Virus record (IMG/VR): IMGVR_UViG_3300017791_000021
Span: 47,016-111,015 of that record
Direction: 5' to 3' (one strand)
Length of the DNA: 64,000 nucleotides
DNA from: a virus
Lineage: Duplodnaviria; Caudoviricetes
Within the stretch, counting starts at the first letter, position 1; each line of letters starts with the position of its first letter. A program made the position numbers and the translations under genes. The notes under the pieces are model-generated. The model saw only the letters and a program-made list of their open reading frames with translations. It made no database searches and had not been told where the DNA came from. This document shows positions 28,582 through 38,241 of this stretch, piece after piece.

Positions 28582-29806
28582 AAACTGTCGCTCCAATATT
28601 ACTTGATATCCACTTTCCTCCTACTAGCTTAGCTGATACCTTCGCTGTAATGTTCTGTGTCTCGGAGATAGGATCTACCTTTGCTGTGTAGATATGGTCT
28701 CTCACCAGAACAGTTGTAGTCAGATATGTACCTGCATACTTATTTCCCGAAGGTGGTGGCTTAGTCAAGTAGTGCGTGGCTGATTCAACCAACCACAATC
28801 CAGCGTCATCGATAGGTAATGCCTGTCCTGTGAGATTCACTAGAGTATTCGGACGAATTCTAGCATCTCCACGAAGATCTGTATCAGCGGTATTCCAGTA
28901 GATATTTCTCAGAGAATCCGCAATTACCTTCTGTGAAGCCTCATAGTAGGACTCAGCAGGAGCAGCGTTGTAGTACTTAGTGATGTAGTCAGCAAGCGGA
29001 ACACCTGCTACGTTCGTAGCGTCAGCCGTTACCGTTGCCTGTGTCAGCTTGGCGGTAATGGGATTCAGACCCACAACATTTCTGTTGGCTACAACTCCAC
29101 CATCGGGTGTGATCGTACCTACGACAGGCTTGAAGGTTCTGATGGTGTCGTAGAAACCAGGCTGGTTATTAGACCAGAACTGCGGAATATTTCTTACGTT
29201 TCCTCTATCGAGAATTTGTTTAGGATTAATGAAATACAAATCGGTATTATCTACATAGAATCTATACCCAATTTCATCAGCTAGCTGCGCCAGGAACTTG
29301 AAGTCACTGGTGTTCTGTAGACGGTAGTCAATGGCTGCTTGATATGTATGGATGATTCCTCTTAGCCCGTTCTGTGTCGCAATGGTTCCTGCGATAGTGG
29401 ACGGACTTGTATGCTTCCAGGCTACGTTATTGGTGGACTGCATAACCTGTGAAACACCCGTGATGGTGTATTGCACGGTGGAGGATGTAAGTCCGCCATA
29501 ACCAGGATCGGAGCCTGTGCGGATCAACTTGTATGAAGACACATAACCTAAGAATGATCCAACATAGTTAGGGCGCTGTCCGTAGTTAATCTGAATAGGA
29601 GTCTGTTCCTTTAAGTAGCTCCATTTTCTAGTTGAAGATGAAGAGGTGGAACTTAGATTAGATCCTACGTAGACGACATCAAGCAAAGCAATTGCATGTG
29701 TATTTGTCTTTTCAATAATCTTTACGCAAGGAGTGTAGTACGTGAGCGGAGTAGTTCCACTCACATATACATCGAAATACGGATACGAAGGTGATGGATT
29801 AAGCAC
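28571..29806 (-). CDS. Baseplate hub (gp27/GPD-like)
   Basis: SDFKFLAQLADEIGYRFYV, GDARIRP, GLWLVESATH. Confidence 0.85.
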   Translation of the reverse strand: MLNPSPSYPYFDVYVSGTTPLTYYTPCVKIIEKTNTHAIALLDVVYVGSNLSSTSSSSTRKWSYLKEQTPIQINYGQRPNYVGSFLGYVSSYKLIRTGSDPGYGGLTSSTVQYTITGVSQVMQSTNNVAWKHTSPSTIAGTIATQNGLRGIIHTYQAAIDYRLQNTSDFKFLAQLADEIGYRFYVDNTDLYFINPKQILDRGNVRNIPQFWSNNQPGFYDTIRTFKPVVGTITPDGGVVANRNVVGLNPITAKLTQATVTADATNVAGVPLADYITKYYNAAPAESYYEASQKVIADSLRNIYWNTADTDLRGDARIRPNTLVNLTGQALPIDDAGLWLVESATHYLTKPPPSGNKYAGTYLTTTVLVRDHIYTAKVDPISETQNITAKVSAKLVGGKWISSNIGATVYAT

Positions 29807-30080
29807 TAGGCACTCTCACTTCTGTACCAGCCGCTATGTTATTCCAGTACATAATCTCTGGATTAGCATTAGCGATGCGCCACCACTGAGTCTCATCACC
29901 GTAGGCAGAGTATGCCAGATAGTCTATCTGGTCTCCTAGCTGCCATGTGTAGGTACTAATACTATATGTGGTGGCGATGCTTGGAGGACTGATGACAATA
30001 GTAGAGCGAGTAATACCATTCGAATCTGTCAGCGGAATAACTGTGTTATCCGCATATCTGCTGTAAATACTAATTGACAT
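29799..30080 (-). CDS. LysM/tail-X baseplate protein
   Basis: GDQIDYLAY..YGD...WWRIANANP. Confidence 0.9.
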   Translation of the reverse strand: MSISIYSRYADNTVIPLTDSNGITRSTIVISPPSIATTYSISTYTWQLGDQIDYLAYSAYGDETQWWRIANANPEIMYWNNIAAGTEVRVPSA

Positions 30081-30089
30081 GGTCTCTCC

Positions 30090-30890
30090 TTATCCGTTGT
30101 TCTTCTTCTTGGCAGTGTCAGATCTCTGGAATGGAAGAACAGTAAAGCTGACATTGATCGCACAGCGAGAGGGAACCATCTGCTGATTGAAGTGAGTGTA
30201 CGTAACATCGAATGTAGATACGTATCCTAAGTAGCTAAGCGCACCCAAAGAGTTATTACCAAAGATGAGCTTAGCTGGGATGAACTGCATTGGTCCCTGT
30301 ACGACTGTGTTGGCTACACCATCAATAGCAAATGGTGGGGCAACCTGTCCTGCCTGCTGTGACTGAGGAACCTGATAGTTGATTCCCATGAGGTTATAAA
30401 ACGCTTCTACATCTGCGCGTACTCCGAATACACCAGCAATAGAGTCTTGATATTTGCTGTCCCACAACTCATATGTTCTATCGAATAGCAATGAGAAGTT
30501 AATGGTTGTATTAAGAGATGTCGCGTAGGTACCAGGGTCGTCAGTACTTCTGGCATATGCGGGTAGCTGTCCGTTGTTAACGTCTAGAGAGCGTGTCTCT
30601 TGAATGGTGGAAGGGTTATACAGAAAGTTGACCTTGTACTGATAATGATCCTTCCACCCATCAATGATGTCAGCTCCAGCTAGGAGAACTCCACGGTGGA
30701 AGTTCTTTGTTCCAGCCCCAGGGTTGTAGTCGTCTTTTCTACCTGGTGGGTTGATTGTCTTATTCGCTCCACCAACAGCCAGGATGTTGGGGTGGAACGG
30801 TGGATTCTGGAATACTATTGTTCCTGGCTTCCCCTTGATTACTGGGAATACATTTCCAGAGATTGGCTCTGTCGGTAACTTAGTAGCCAT
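30090..30890 (-). CDS. Tail tube initiator protein
   Basis: FLYNPS, LLFDRT, YTHF...VPSRC.I.V; between tape measure and LysM. Confidence 0.75.
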   Translation of the reverse strand: MATKLPTEPISGNVFPVIKGKPGTIVFQNPPFHPNILAVGGANKTINPPGRKDDYNPGAGTKNFHRGVLLAGADIIDGWKDHYQYKVNFLYNPSTIQETRSLDVNNGQLPAYARSTDDPGTYATSLNTTINFSLLFDRTYELWDSKYQDSIAGVFGVRADVEAFYNLMGINYQVPQSQQAGQVAPPFAIDGVANTVVQGPMQFIPAKLIFGNNSLGALSYLGYVSTFDVTYTHFNQQMVPSRCAINVSFTVLPFQRSDTAKKKNNG

Positions 30891-33800
30891 TACTGTCCAA
30901 TCTGTAGGTTCTTGATACGAAGCTGCTCATCAATTGCACTAACGATAGTCTTTCCAAGATCTTGAGCATCCTGAGCAGAACCAGTATATGTGCTTGGCAG
31001 TGTGATATTGATATCACCAAATGAAATACTTCTACCGCCGCCAGTTCCCGCAGCCTTTTGTAGGTTAGGGTTAAATGTATTGTTCAAAAGTGTCTGACGA
31101 ATTGTCTCAGCCTGTTGTGCAGGAATAATCATTTCGCCCTTGTGAACTGTAGCAGGCTGGTCCTTGTCAATATTCCAGGCACCTGCGGCATACCAGTTGT
31201 TCTTCTGGTGGAATGACCATGCAGCATCAGGACTCTTGTAGCGACCCTTGATGTAATCCATCATCCAACGTAGCTGAGTCTCACCTGAAGTCTTCCAGTC
31301 CTTACCAGCACTGTTGTACTTGCTAGCAGGAAGAGCCTGAGCTAGACCATAAGCACCTGAGCTTGGGTTAGTAGCGTGAACATCCCAACCAGCCTCAGAC
31401 ATCTCAAGAGCATTGAATGAATTCCATTGATCAGCCCAGCCGTACTTTCCTAGGAGAGCCTTGGCATACGCCTGTAGGTGTCCCTTAGCATTGCTTCCAG
31501 TAGCCTTAGGATTACTTCCTGTTCCTGCGCTTGTCACACTGCTTGAGGAGCTAGCCTGAGAAACCATAGGAATTCCTGCGGCTGAACCAGCAAGAGCAGA
31601 TGCGATAGCGGCTGCCTCACTTGTTCCAGACAGATTACCGATGTCTCCACCAGAAGTATTCTGTTGATTGTTCAGGTTACCACCAGAATTATCGGTGTTC
31701 TCATTCAGAAGAGAATTCATATTACCGATAGATCCAACAATACGCTTAGCGTTTGTGTACTCACTTGGATTAAGTGCACGGATCTTTACGTTCTCTCCAG
31801 GGTGCGGGGCCTCAATGATCTTTCCGCCACCGATAGACATAACAACGTGGTGAGCAGGGTCACCTACGAATAGAAGGTCACCAGGCTGTGTCTTGTTCGT
31901 AGGTACTGATGTACCAATCTTCTGCTGGTCAGCAGCAACACGCGGAATCTTTACTCCAGCCTTTCCAAATGCCCATTGAGTAAGACCAGAACAGTCCATA
32001 GCCTTACCCGCAGTTTCGCCACCCCATACATAAGGAACGCCTAGCTGAGTCTCGGCATACTTGATGATCTGTGCCGCTGAGGCTGTAGTAGCTCCGGGAG
32101 TAGAAGAGTTTCTAGCAGAGTTACCACTAGTTCCGGTTACACCACCAGCGCCGGTAGCTCCACCGAAGATACCTGTAAGAGCACCTACACCAGCACCAAC
32201 CGCAGCACCTACACCAGTTCCAATAACAGGAACTACGGAACCAATAGCTGCACCAGTAAGAGCACCTGTCGCTGTATCAACACCTACGTGACTCCACTTG
32301 TTAGCCTTGCTTCCCTTCTTTGTGTATTTGTCTACCAACTTGGAACCAACGTAATGAGTTGCCAACGCGCCTACACCAAATGCACCAGCAGCTCCTAGGG
32401 CACCAGCAGACAAGTCAAGTGCTCCCGCACCACCTGTACCAGCTACGCTCCATACTCCGTCAGCTCCCTGTGTCGCTCTCAGAGCGCCATTAGCTGTAGT
32501 AGCTGGACCGCCTCTTCCAAAGAGTCCACCCAAACGTCCCATGATGCCGCCTCCGCCCCCGAAAAGACGTGAGGCACCTAGGAGTCCAGCTCCCGCGCCA
32601 AAGGCGCTCCCAAAGCCACCCAGGGCGTTTGAGAAGGGTGCTAGGACACCCGACGCTCCACCGATTAGCTTATCCAATCCGGTGGACTGTAGAAGGCTTG
32701 TAAGAGCCTGACTGAACTTGTTTACTGCTGAAGTAGCAGCATCGAATGCGGGAGCCAGAGAATTCAGAATGTCATTCTGTCGGGTAAGTCTTGTGGCATT
32801 CAAGTCCCTCTGATTCTCGAACATAGAAGAACCCATACCAGTTGTCTTGGCTAGCTGATTAACAGCAGATCTATTTCCGCCCGCAGCTTGTCCAAGTAGC
32901 TGGTAATACTTTGTCTCGGACATTCCCTTGTTCTGCGCAGTTACCTGTCCTTGCAGAACGTTACGGTATTCCTGAATGGTTCCCTGACTCCAGCCCAATT
33001 GTTGACCGAAGTACTGAAGGTTAACGTCAAGAGATCCACCCTGAGAAAGAGCGGCACTCAACTGCTTGTTAGTAATGTTCTGACTACCGAATGTACGAGA
33101 GTAAATAGACTGAGCAATGTTGCCCATACTGTTCTTTACTCCGCCACCTAGATAAGGATTAGCCAATCCTAGAGCAGGAGCTACATAGGCTGCACGAGCT
33201 GAATAAGTCTGCTGTGCTGCTAGCGCTCCACCTGCGGCACCCTGAGTTGGGTTAGCGTATGCGAAGCCACCTGCTTGTCGCATTCCAGACGTGAAAGCAG
33301 GATTAGCTTGTCCATTAAATTGTGGAGCACCGAATGTGTACTGATTGATATAACCAGCCTTAGCAGCGTCAGTAGCATTCAGCGCAGCATAGTTGTTATT
33401 GAAAGCTTGTGCTCTTGCCACACGGTTAGCAGCCTGGAAATTACTTCCCTGGAATCCACCAGCAGTAGCGGCTTGGGTTCCAAAATAATCCAACTGGAAA
33501 TTGGAAGCCATGTTCTTGTTTGCGTAGTTAACCAGAGCGGAAGCAGTTCCCGCTACAGCAGCTACACCAGCAGACAGTCTGGACATACCTGCGAGACTTC
33601 CGAAGCTTCCGCCTCCTCCGTTAGAGGAACCTCCACCTAGAGAGCCGACTGTAAATCTACCGCCACCACCATTAGATCCATAGTTATTGCGGTTGGAATT
33701 CATATTCCAGATGCCACCGTTACCACCTGAGTTATTTCCCCCGGCAGCACGAGTAGCGCCGTTAACCCCTGTTGAAAGGTTCCCGACGCTCTGTGTAAGC

Positions 33801-33892
33801 TTGTTAACTTGTGTCGATAAAGAATCAACCGCCTGCTGTAGACCGTTGGTCCCCAACAAGCGGCTGGCTCCGATGTTATTTTCCTCAGCCAC
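30890..33892 (-). CDS. Tape measure protein with NlpC/P60 peptidase and lytic transglycosylase domains
   Basis: Gly/Ala-rich body; LGVPYVWGG...DCSGL..HHV (NlpC/P60); EAGW..ATNPSSGAYGLAQALP (SLT-like); VHKGEMIIP. Confidence 0.92.
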   Translation of the reverse strand: MAEENNIGASRLLGTNGLQQAVDSLSTQVNKLTQSVGNLSTGVNGATRAAGGNNSGGNGGIWNMNSNRNNYGSNGGGGRFTVGSLGGGSSNGGGGSFGSLAGMSRLSAGVAAVAGTASALVNYANKNMASNFQLDYFGTQAATAGGFQGSNFQAANRVARAQAFNNNYAALNATDAAKAGYINQYTFGAPQFNGQANPAFTSGMRQAGGFAYANPTQGAAGGALAAQQTYSARAAYVAPALGLANPYLGGGVKNSMGNIAQSIYSRTFGSQNITNKQLSAALSQGGSLDVNLQYFGQQLGWSQGTIQEYRNVLQGQVTAQNKGMSETKYYQLLGQAAGGNRSAVNQLAKTTGMGSSMFENQRDLNATRLTRQNDILNSLAPAFDAATSAVNKFSQALTSLLQSTGLDKLIGGASGVLAPFSNALGGFGSAFGAGAGLLGASRLFGGGGGIMGRLGGLFGRGGPATTANGALRATQGADGVWSVAGTGGAGALDLSAGALGAAGAFGVGALATHYVGSKLVDKYTKKGSKANKWSHVGVDTATGALTGAAIGSVVPVIGTGVGAAVGAGVGALTGIFGGATGAGGVTGTSGNSARNSSTPGATTASAAQIIKYAETQLGVPYVWGGETAGKAMDCSGLTQWAFGKAGVKIPRVAADQQKIGTSVPTNKTQPGDLLFVGDPAHHVVMSIGGGKIIEAPHPGENVKIRALNPSEYTNAKRIVGSIGNMNSLLNENTDNSGGNLNNQQNTSGGDIGNLSGTSEAAAIASALAGSAAGIPMVSQASSSSSVTSAGTGSNPKATGSNAKGHLQAYAKALLGKYGWADQWNSFNALEMSEAGWDVHATNPSSGAYGLAQALPASKYNSAGKDWKTSGETQLRWMMDYIKGRYKSPDAAWSFHQKNNWYAAGAWNIDKDQPATVHKGEMIIPAQQAETIRQTLLNNTFNPNLQKAAGTGGGRSISFGDINITLPSTYTGSAQDAQDLGKTIVSAIDEQLRIKNLQIGQ

Positions 33893-33931
33893 TTGAACTC
33901 TCCTTGAGTGAAGTTGTTACTTTCAATTATA

Positions 33932-34186
33932 TTACCTGTATGGCATTCCACCGAAAGTAACGCCTTCTCCCACGGAGCGCGTAATGACTTGAGTTGAGTT
34001 ATTAGCTTGGTGCATTCTTTCGTACTCTTGCTCCAGCTTATAGACGTATCTCTTTATCCAATGCTTACGTTCTCTATAAGTGAGCTTTCTAGATTCAGAA
34101 AGAGGCCAATGGAATGCATCAACTAATTGTTCGTACTCTTTATATAGGTTCTGATAATCAGAGTTCACGAAACAGGATACCCACAT
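33932..34186 (-). CDS. Tail assembly chaperone, second ORF (probably reached by frameshift)
   Basis: FHW.LSE..KL.YRER..W motif; overlaps the upstream ORF in the +1 frame; no clear RBS. Confidence 0.7.
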   Translation of the reverse strand: MWVSCFVNSDYQNLYKEYEQLVDAFHWPLSESRKLTYRERKHWIKRYVYKLEQEYERMHQANNSTQVITRSVGEGVTFGGMPYR

Positions 34187-35021
34187 TTAGTGGGACAGGG
34201 ACCTCTCCTTCACAAGATGAGCAAAGGGCAGAGACCTTGTCATATCGTGGACCTGGTTGATTGTCATAAATATATTCCTGAAGAGTCTTTCTGTCTGCAA
34301 GTCCTAGCTTCTTCACATCAGCTAGACCGTTGGACTGTCGCTCTGTGCCGTCTGCCTCAATGAATGAGATAACACACTCGGCAAGAGTAAGAGAATTCAT
34401 CTCAGGAATCGTTAGGTTATTCTTGAAGATTTCGTTCTGGACAGCTCCAGTTGGAAATTGAATCTTAGCCTTACGTCCCTTACGAAGGTCTATAAGGAAC
34501 TCCCTAGTTTCAGGGTCCTCTAACTCCTTAGTAGGAATGTCCTTCAGGTTCAGCTCAAGGTCATTCAGTTCATTGCAGTGCGGACACTCAATCTCATAAA
34601 CCTCAAACTCATCACCGAAAGTAGCTCTACGAATACCTAGCATAAGCATGTCTAGGTCACCCTGTAGCAGAGTGTCTAGCAGAGCGGGGGTGGCTTCTTT
34701 ACCACCAACTGAAACTGTTCCACATAGGAGAAGTGTGTTTACGTACTTGGCAGCGTTGTTAGACAAACGAGCCTTAGCCAACTTCTCCTCGTGCTCACCA
34801 GTCAGTTCACGAACTTCAGCTTCCTGATGAACTTTGCCGTCAATAACAATACCCGCAGGCAGCTTGATAACTGTGTCGGGGATATCGTCAATGACAGGGG
34901 CAGGATTCATTGACTGCAAAACCTTCTTCGTAAGTGAATTAAGGTCTGCTGTCTCTGTGGTTAGTACCTGCCCCTGATCATCGTCAAAGGTCATAGAATA
35001 CTGAGGCATCTGGTGTTCCAT
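34158..35021 (-). CDS. Tail assembly chaperone / T4 gp26-like protein
   Basis: VRELTG..EE, GD...L..GIRRATFG, CPHC and CSSC; start ATG 35021. Confidence 0.8.
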   Translation of the reverse strand: MEHQMPQYSMTFDDDQGQVLTTETADLNSLTKKVLQSMNPAPVIDDIPDTVIKLPAGIVIDGKVHQEAEVRELTGEHEEKLAKARLSNNAAKYVNTLLLCGTVSVGGKEATPALLDTLLQGDLDMLMLGIRRATFGDEFEVYEIECPHCNELNDLELNLKDIPTKELEDPETREFLIDLRKGRKAKIQFPTGAVQNEIFKNNLTIPEMNSLTLAECVISFIEADGTERQSNGLADVKKLGLADRKTLQEYIYDNQPGPRYDKVSALCSSCEGEVPVPLNVGILFREL

Positions 35022-35068
35022 ACGTTCTCCAAATATTGTCACGAAAGATTAGTACTCATTCTAGCCTA

Positions 35069-35644
35069 TTAGAAGCTAACGCCTGAAAGACCAATCTTAG
35101 AGGCTAGCTTGAAGTCAAAGCCCTCGTGAGCTAGAGAAAGCTGCTGCATAAGAACTGCGTTAGCTCCTGCGTCTAGGTCAGAGAATGCGATGCTTGTTGG
35201 CCATGCATTGTAGATGCGATAGATAGCCTTTACCGGAACGGTAGAGGTTGTAACCGGGTGATCAAGCACCATAACATCTACAGTGGCGCGGAAGTCCTTA
35301 CCGGGAGAACCTGTACCAGTTCCCTGCATAACTGTAAAGAGTTCCTTCATCCACTGCCACATAGGACCTGAACCTACAGCAACCCCCTGAGATAGGGTGA
35401 TAGGTGCGAAATCGGACTGTCCGGGCATTTTCTGCGTAGTGGTATTCATTCCACCCTCACGGTACGGAATTACCTCAGTGGTAATATTCAGACCGGAAAC
35501 GGTCATGAATCCCATTGTGGCAAAGCCCTTAATGTTCGGGTGCATAATATTTACATTGAACTTGAAATTACGAAGTGGGTCCGTAGCCAAGTGGGCAATA
35601 GATGGAGTTGCCTTAGCTAGGGGCGCGGCGTTAGACGTAGCCAT
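35069..35644 (-). CDS. Tail tube protein (T4 gp19-like)
   Basis: DPLRNFKF, VSGL, YREGG, KMPG, ITLSQG, NAWP, DLDA, LAHEG. Confidence 0.95.
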   Translation of the reverse strand: MATSNAAPLAKATPSIAHLATDPLRNFKFNVNIMHPNIKGFATMGFMTVSGLNITTEVIPYREGGMNTTTQKMPGQSDFAPITLSQGVAVGSGPMWQWMKELFTVMQGTGTGSPGKDFRATVDVMVLDHPVTTSTVPVKAIYRIYNAWPTSIAFSDLDAGANAVLMQQLSLAHEGFDFKLASKIGLSGVSF

Positions 35645-35655
35645 TTAGTTACTCC

Positions 35656-37557
35656 TTAGGATGAAGTGGTTGAAGAAGAGGCCATCTGGTTAATATCGAT
35701 AACGATGAACTCAGCAGGACTATTCAGAGCCAATCCAACCTGAATGTGAACTTCTCCAGCAGCGATAGATGTTGGAGTGTTGTTACTTGCGTCGCACTGT
35801 ACAAAGTAAGCAGCGTCTGCTGTGTCTCCTTGAAGAACACCAGTCTGCCAAATTCCCTGCAAGTACTGAGTAACAATTGCGCTCAAGGTTGCCCACAGAG
35901 TGGAGTTGTTGTTTTCGAAGATAGCTACCTGAGTGATCTGCTGTAGCGTCTCTGTGATATTCATCAAGGTACGCTGAATAGATACGTAGCGGTTTGGCTG
36001 ATTAGGAAGAAGTGTTCTTGCTCCCATTACACAGAACCCATAGCTGGAAACGTTACGAATAATGTTTACTCCGTTAGCGTTTAGCGTATCCAGGTTGCTG
36101 TTCTGGAAGGCTAGCTCTACTCCAGCACATCTCTGGACTGGAATGGTTACACCAGCAGGAGACTTCTGTACGCCATACTGCGCGTCTGTCTGAGAGTAAA
36201 GACCTAGAACAGCTCCACCAGGTGGAAGCTTTCTAGTAGCGCCTGGTGTAGTAGAAATAGGATCTGGGATTTCTACCCAAGGTGCGTAAACCGCAACAGT
36301 TGGGGAAGGAACAATCTCAGCATTTCCTACTACCATTGCCAGGTAGTTATTCACAGTGGCAGACTCAGAAGGAGTTACACCGTCAGAACCAATGATAGCC
36401 TGCGGAGCGTCTACAACCACAAAGATGTTTGGCTGTGTATTTGTCCAGGCCAGAATTGGATTCAGGGTTAGTGTGTCGGTAACACCTGGAAGGTTAAGGT
36501 CCAAGTTTGTCTCAATGGTTGACAGTCTTTGTGTGGCTGTCAGAAGACTTGGAGTTCCTACACCATCAGATCCACTGGCAAGAGCAGTAGCGCTCTGTAG
36601 ACGTGGTGTGATGTCTGTTGTCCAAGTTGTGTAAGTACCTAGGTCTGCTGCCTGAACGTACTTTGATCCTAGCAATGTGGAGTTAAGCATAGCCACTGCG
36701 TAACGCTGGTCAGTACGATTCATAGTTACGTCAAGGAATCTCTCAACGATATTTGAATCAGCGGTTCCACCGTAGCGAATGATTACGTTAAAGCGACCTG
36801 CACCAGTTGTGCTATCAGTAATATCTACGTAAACGCTGTTACCCCATGCACCTACAGATACACAGGAAAGCTTAAGGATAGGAACTGGGGTACCAGTATC
36901 GTTGAACGTAGGAATTGGTCCGGCTGGTGTGTAAGAACCGTCGTCAGTAAAGGTAACGGTTGGTGCTGTTACAGAGCTTAGAAGAAGCGGTGTAGAAGTA
37001 GGACCATCAAGAGTCAGGTTTCTACGATAAACCTTGTAACCAGTAATTGTTCCTGTGGCAGCAGTCCAGTTAAGAACTACCTTGTTTGTAGCAGTTAGTA
37101 CTTGGTTAGCTACAGCAGTAACCGGAGTTCCACCATCTGTTTCCCCACCAGCAGTTGTGGTAGTAACGGTGTACTCGTAAGTGTAGGAAGGAGTTACAGT
37201 ACCGCCAGGAGTGGCTGTAACGCCCGCAGGAGGCTGTACAGCGCCTACACCATCTTCACGGTCATCTAGTGTCTGAGTGGCTGTTACAGCGTCAGAGGCA
37301 GCCGCGCGTACGATGTACGCCTGGTTACCATTGTTAGCGAAGTACTGCCATACAGCGAATGGTAGGAAATTGGTTGCATTACCAAATCCACCATAAATGT
37401 TTAGGAAGTCATTCCAACTTGTAATAAGGGTTGGGGCTGTAGGTCCCTGAGAGTGAACACCCACGAAGGCAGCCGTAGATTGCCCGGGGGAAGTTGTTCC
37501 CGTAGACAACGGAGTTAGTGAGGTATTTACGTATACCCCTGGACGCTGATAAGTCAT
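35656..37557 (-). CDS. Contractile tail sheath protein
   Basis: YQRPGVYV, AAFVG, GAWGN, VQKSPAG, LNANGVNII, GARTL, FENN, PAEFIV. Confidence 0.97.
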   Translation of the reverse strand: MTYQRPGVYVNTSLTPLSTGTTSPGQSTAAFVGVHSQGPTAPTLITSWNDFLNIYGGFGNATNFLPFAVWQYFANNGNQAYIVRAAASDAVTATQTLDDREDGVGAVQPPAGVTATPGGTVTPSYTYEYTVTTTTAGGETDGGTPVTAVANQVLTATNKVVLNWTAATGTITGYKVYRRNLTLDGPTSTPLLLSSVTAPTVTFTDDGSYTPAGPIPTFNDTGTPVPILKLSCVSVGAWGNSVYVDITDSTTGAGRFNVIIRYGGTADSNIVERFLDVTMNRTDQRYAVAMLNSTLLGSKYVQAADLGTYTTWTTDITPRLQSATALASGSDGVGTPSLLTATQRLSTIETNLDLNLPGVTDTLTLNPILAWTNTQPNIFVVVDAPQAIIGSDGVTPSESATVNNYLAMVVGNAEIVPSPTVAVYAPWVEIPDPISTTPGATRKLPPGGAVLGLYSQTDAQYGVQKSPAGVTIPVQRCAGVELAFQNSNLDTLNANGVNIIRNVSSYGFCVMGARTLLPNQPNRYVSIQRTLMNITETLQQITQVAIFENNNSTLWATLSAIVTQYLQGIWQTGVLQGDTADAAYFVQCDASNNTPTSIAAGEVHIQVGLALNSPAEFIVIDINQMASSSTTSS

Positions 37558-37605
37558 TAATATCTCCTAGCTAATTGAAAGTAGTGGCTACTATCAGTAT
37601 ATAGA

Positions 37606-38226
37606 TTAGACTTGTGGCGGTAAGATCTCGATAGTGTCCACAACTGTCGTAACCTTAGAGTAGGTGCTGATTTCAACAGGAAGCAATTCTGTTGAAACTC
37701 TTACAGTGTAAATCGTATGGAAGATTCTCTTTCCATCCGTGTCATGCGTATTCTGTCTTTCAGGCCCTGACATAAGATCTAGTCTTCGCACAGTGCCATC
37801 TTCCTCAATAGCCAGATATCCGTGACGAGTGCTCAAGTAGTCTGGACCCATCAATACAGCGGAGAGGAAAGTAGAGTGTTGATTATTTCTTGAAAGCACT
37901 TCTATTTGATAATCAATATTATACGGGATAGGAGTGAAAGCCCAGTATGGCGATTCGGTAACGTCATTATTGTCATCCGTAATCCAGTCTGGGAAATTCT
38001 CGGGTGTATACGGGAGCTGTGCCCAACCTGCATGAGCACGCTCCGCGTCAAATGAAATTCCTGTGTTCGCAATAACGATAGACGGGTAAGTCAGGTTGGT
38101 TAGCTCTACATCAGAGTCTAGCCAGATAACCTGAACAGGTCTTCCCGTATCTGGTGCGTTCACATCAGTTACTACTAGGTTGGAGAACTTCTGCTTCATA
38201 GCTTTGTCCTCATTGAACAGAATCAT
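37606..38226 (-). CDS. Tail terminator / neck protein
   Basis: Position upstream of sheath; YPSI, PIPYNIDYQI. Confidence 0.65.
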   Translation of the reverse strand: MILFNEDKAMKQKFSNLVVTDVNAPDTGRPVQVIWLDSDVELTNLTYPSIVIANTGISFDAERAHAGWAQLPYTPENFPDWITDDNNDVTESPYWAFTPIPYNIDYQIEVLSRNNQHSTFLSAVLMGPDYLSTRHGYLAIEEDGTVRRLDLMSGPERQNTHDTDGKRIFHTIYTVRVSTELLPVEISTYSKVTTVVDTIEILPPQV

Positions 38227-38241
38227 AAGTTCTCCAATAGA

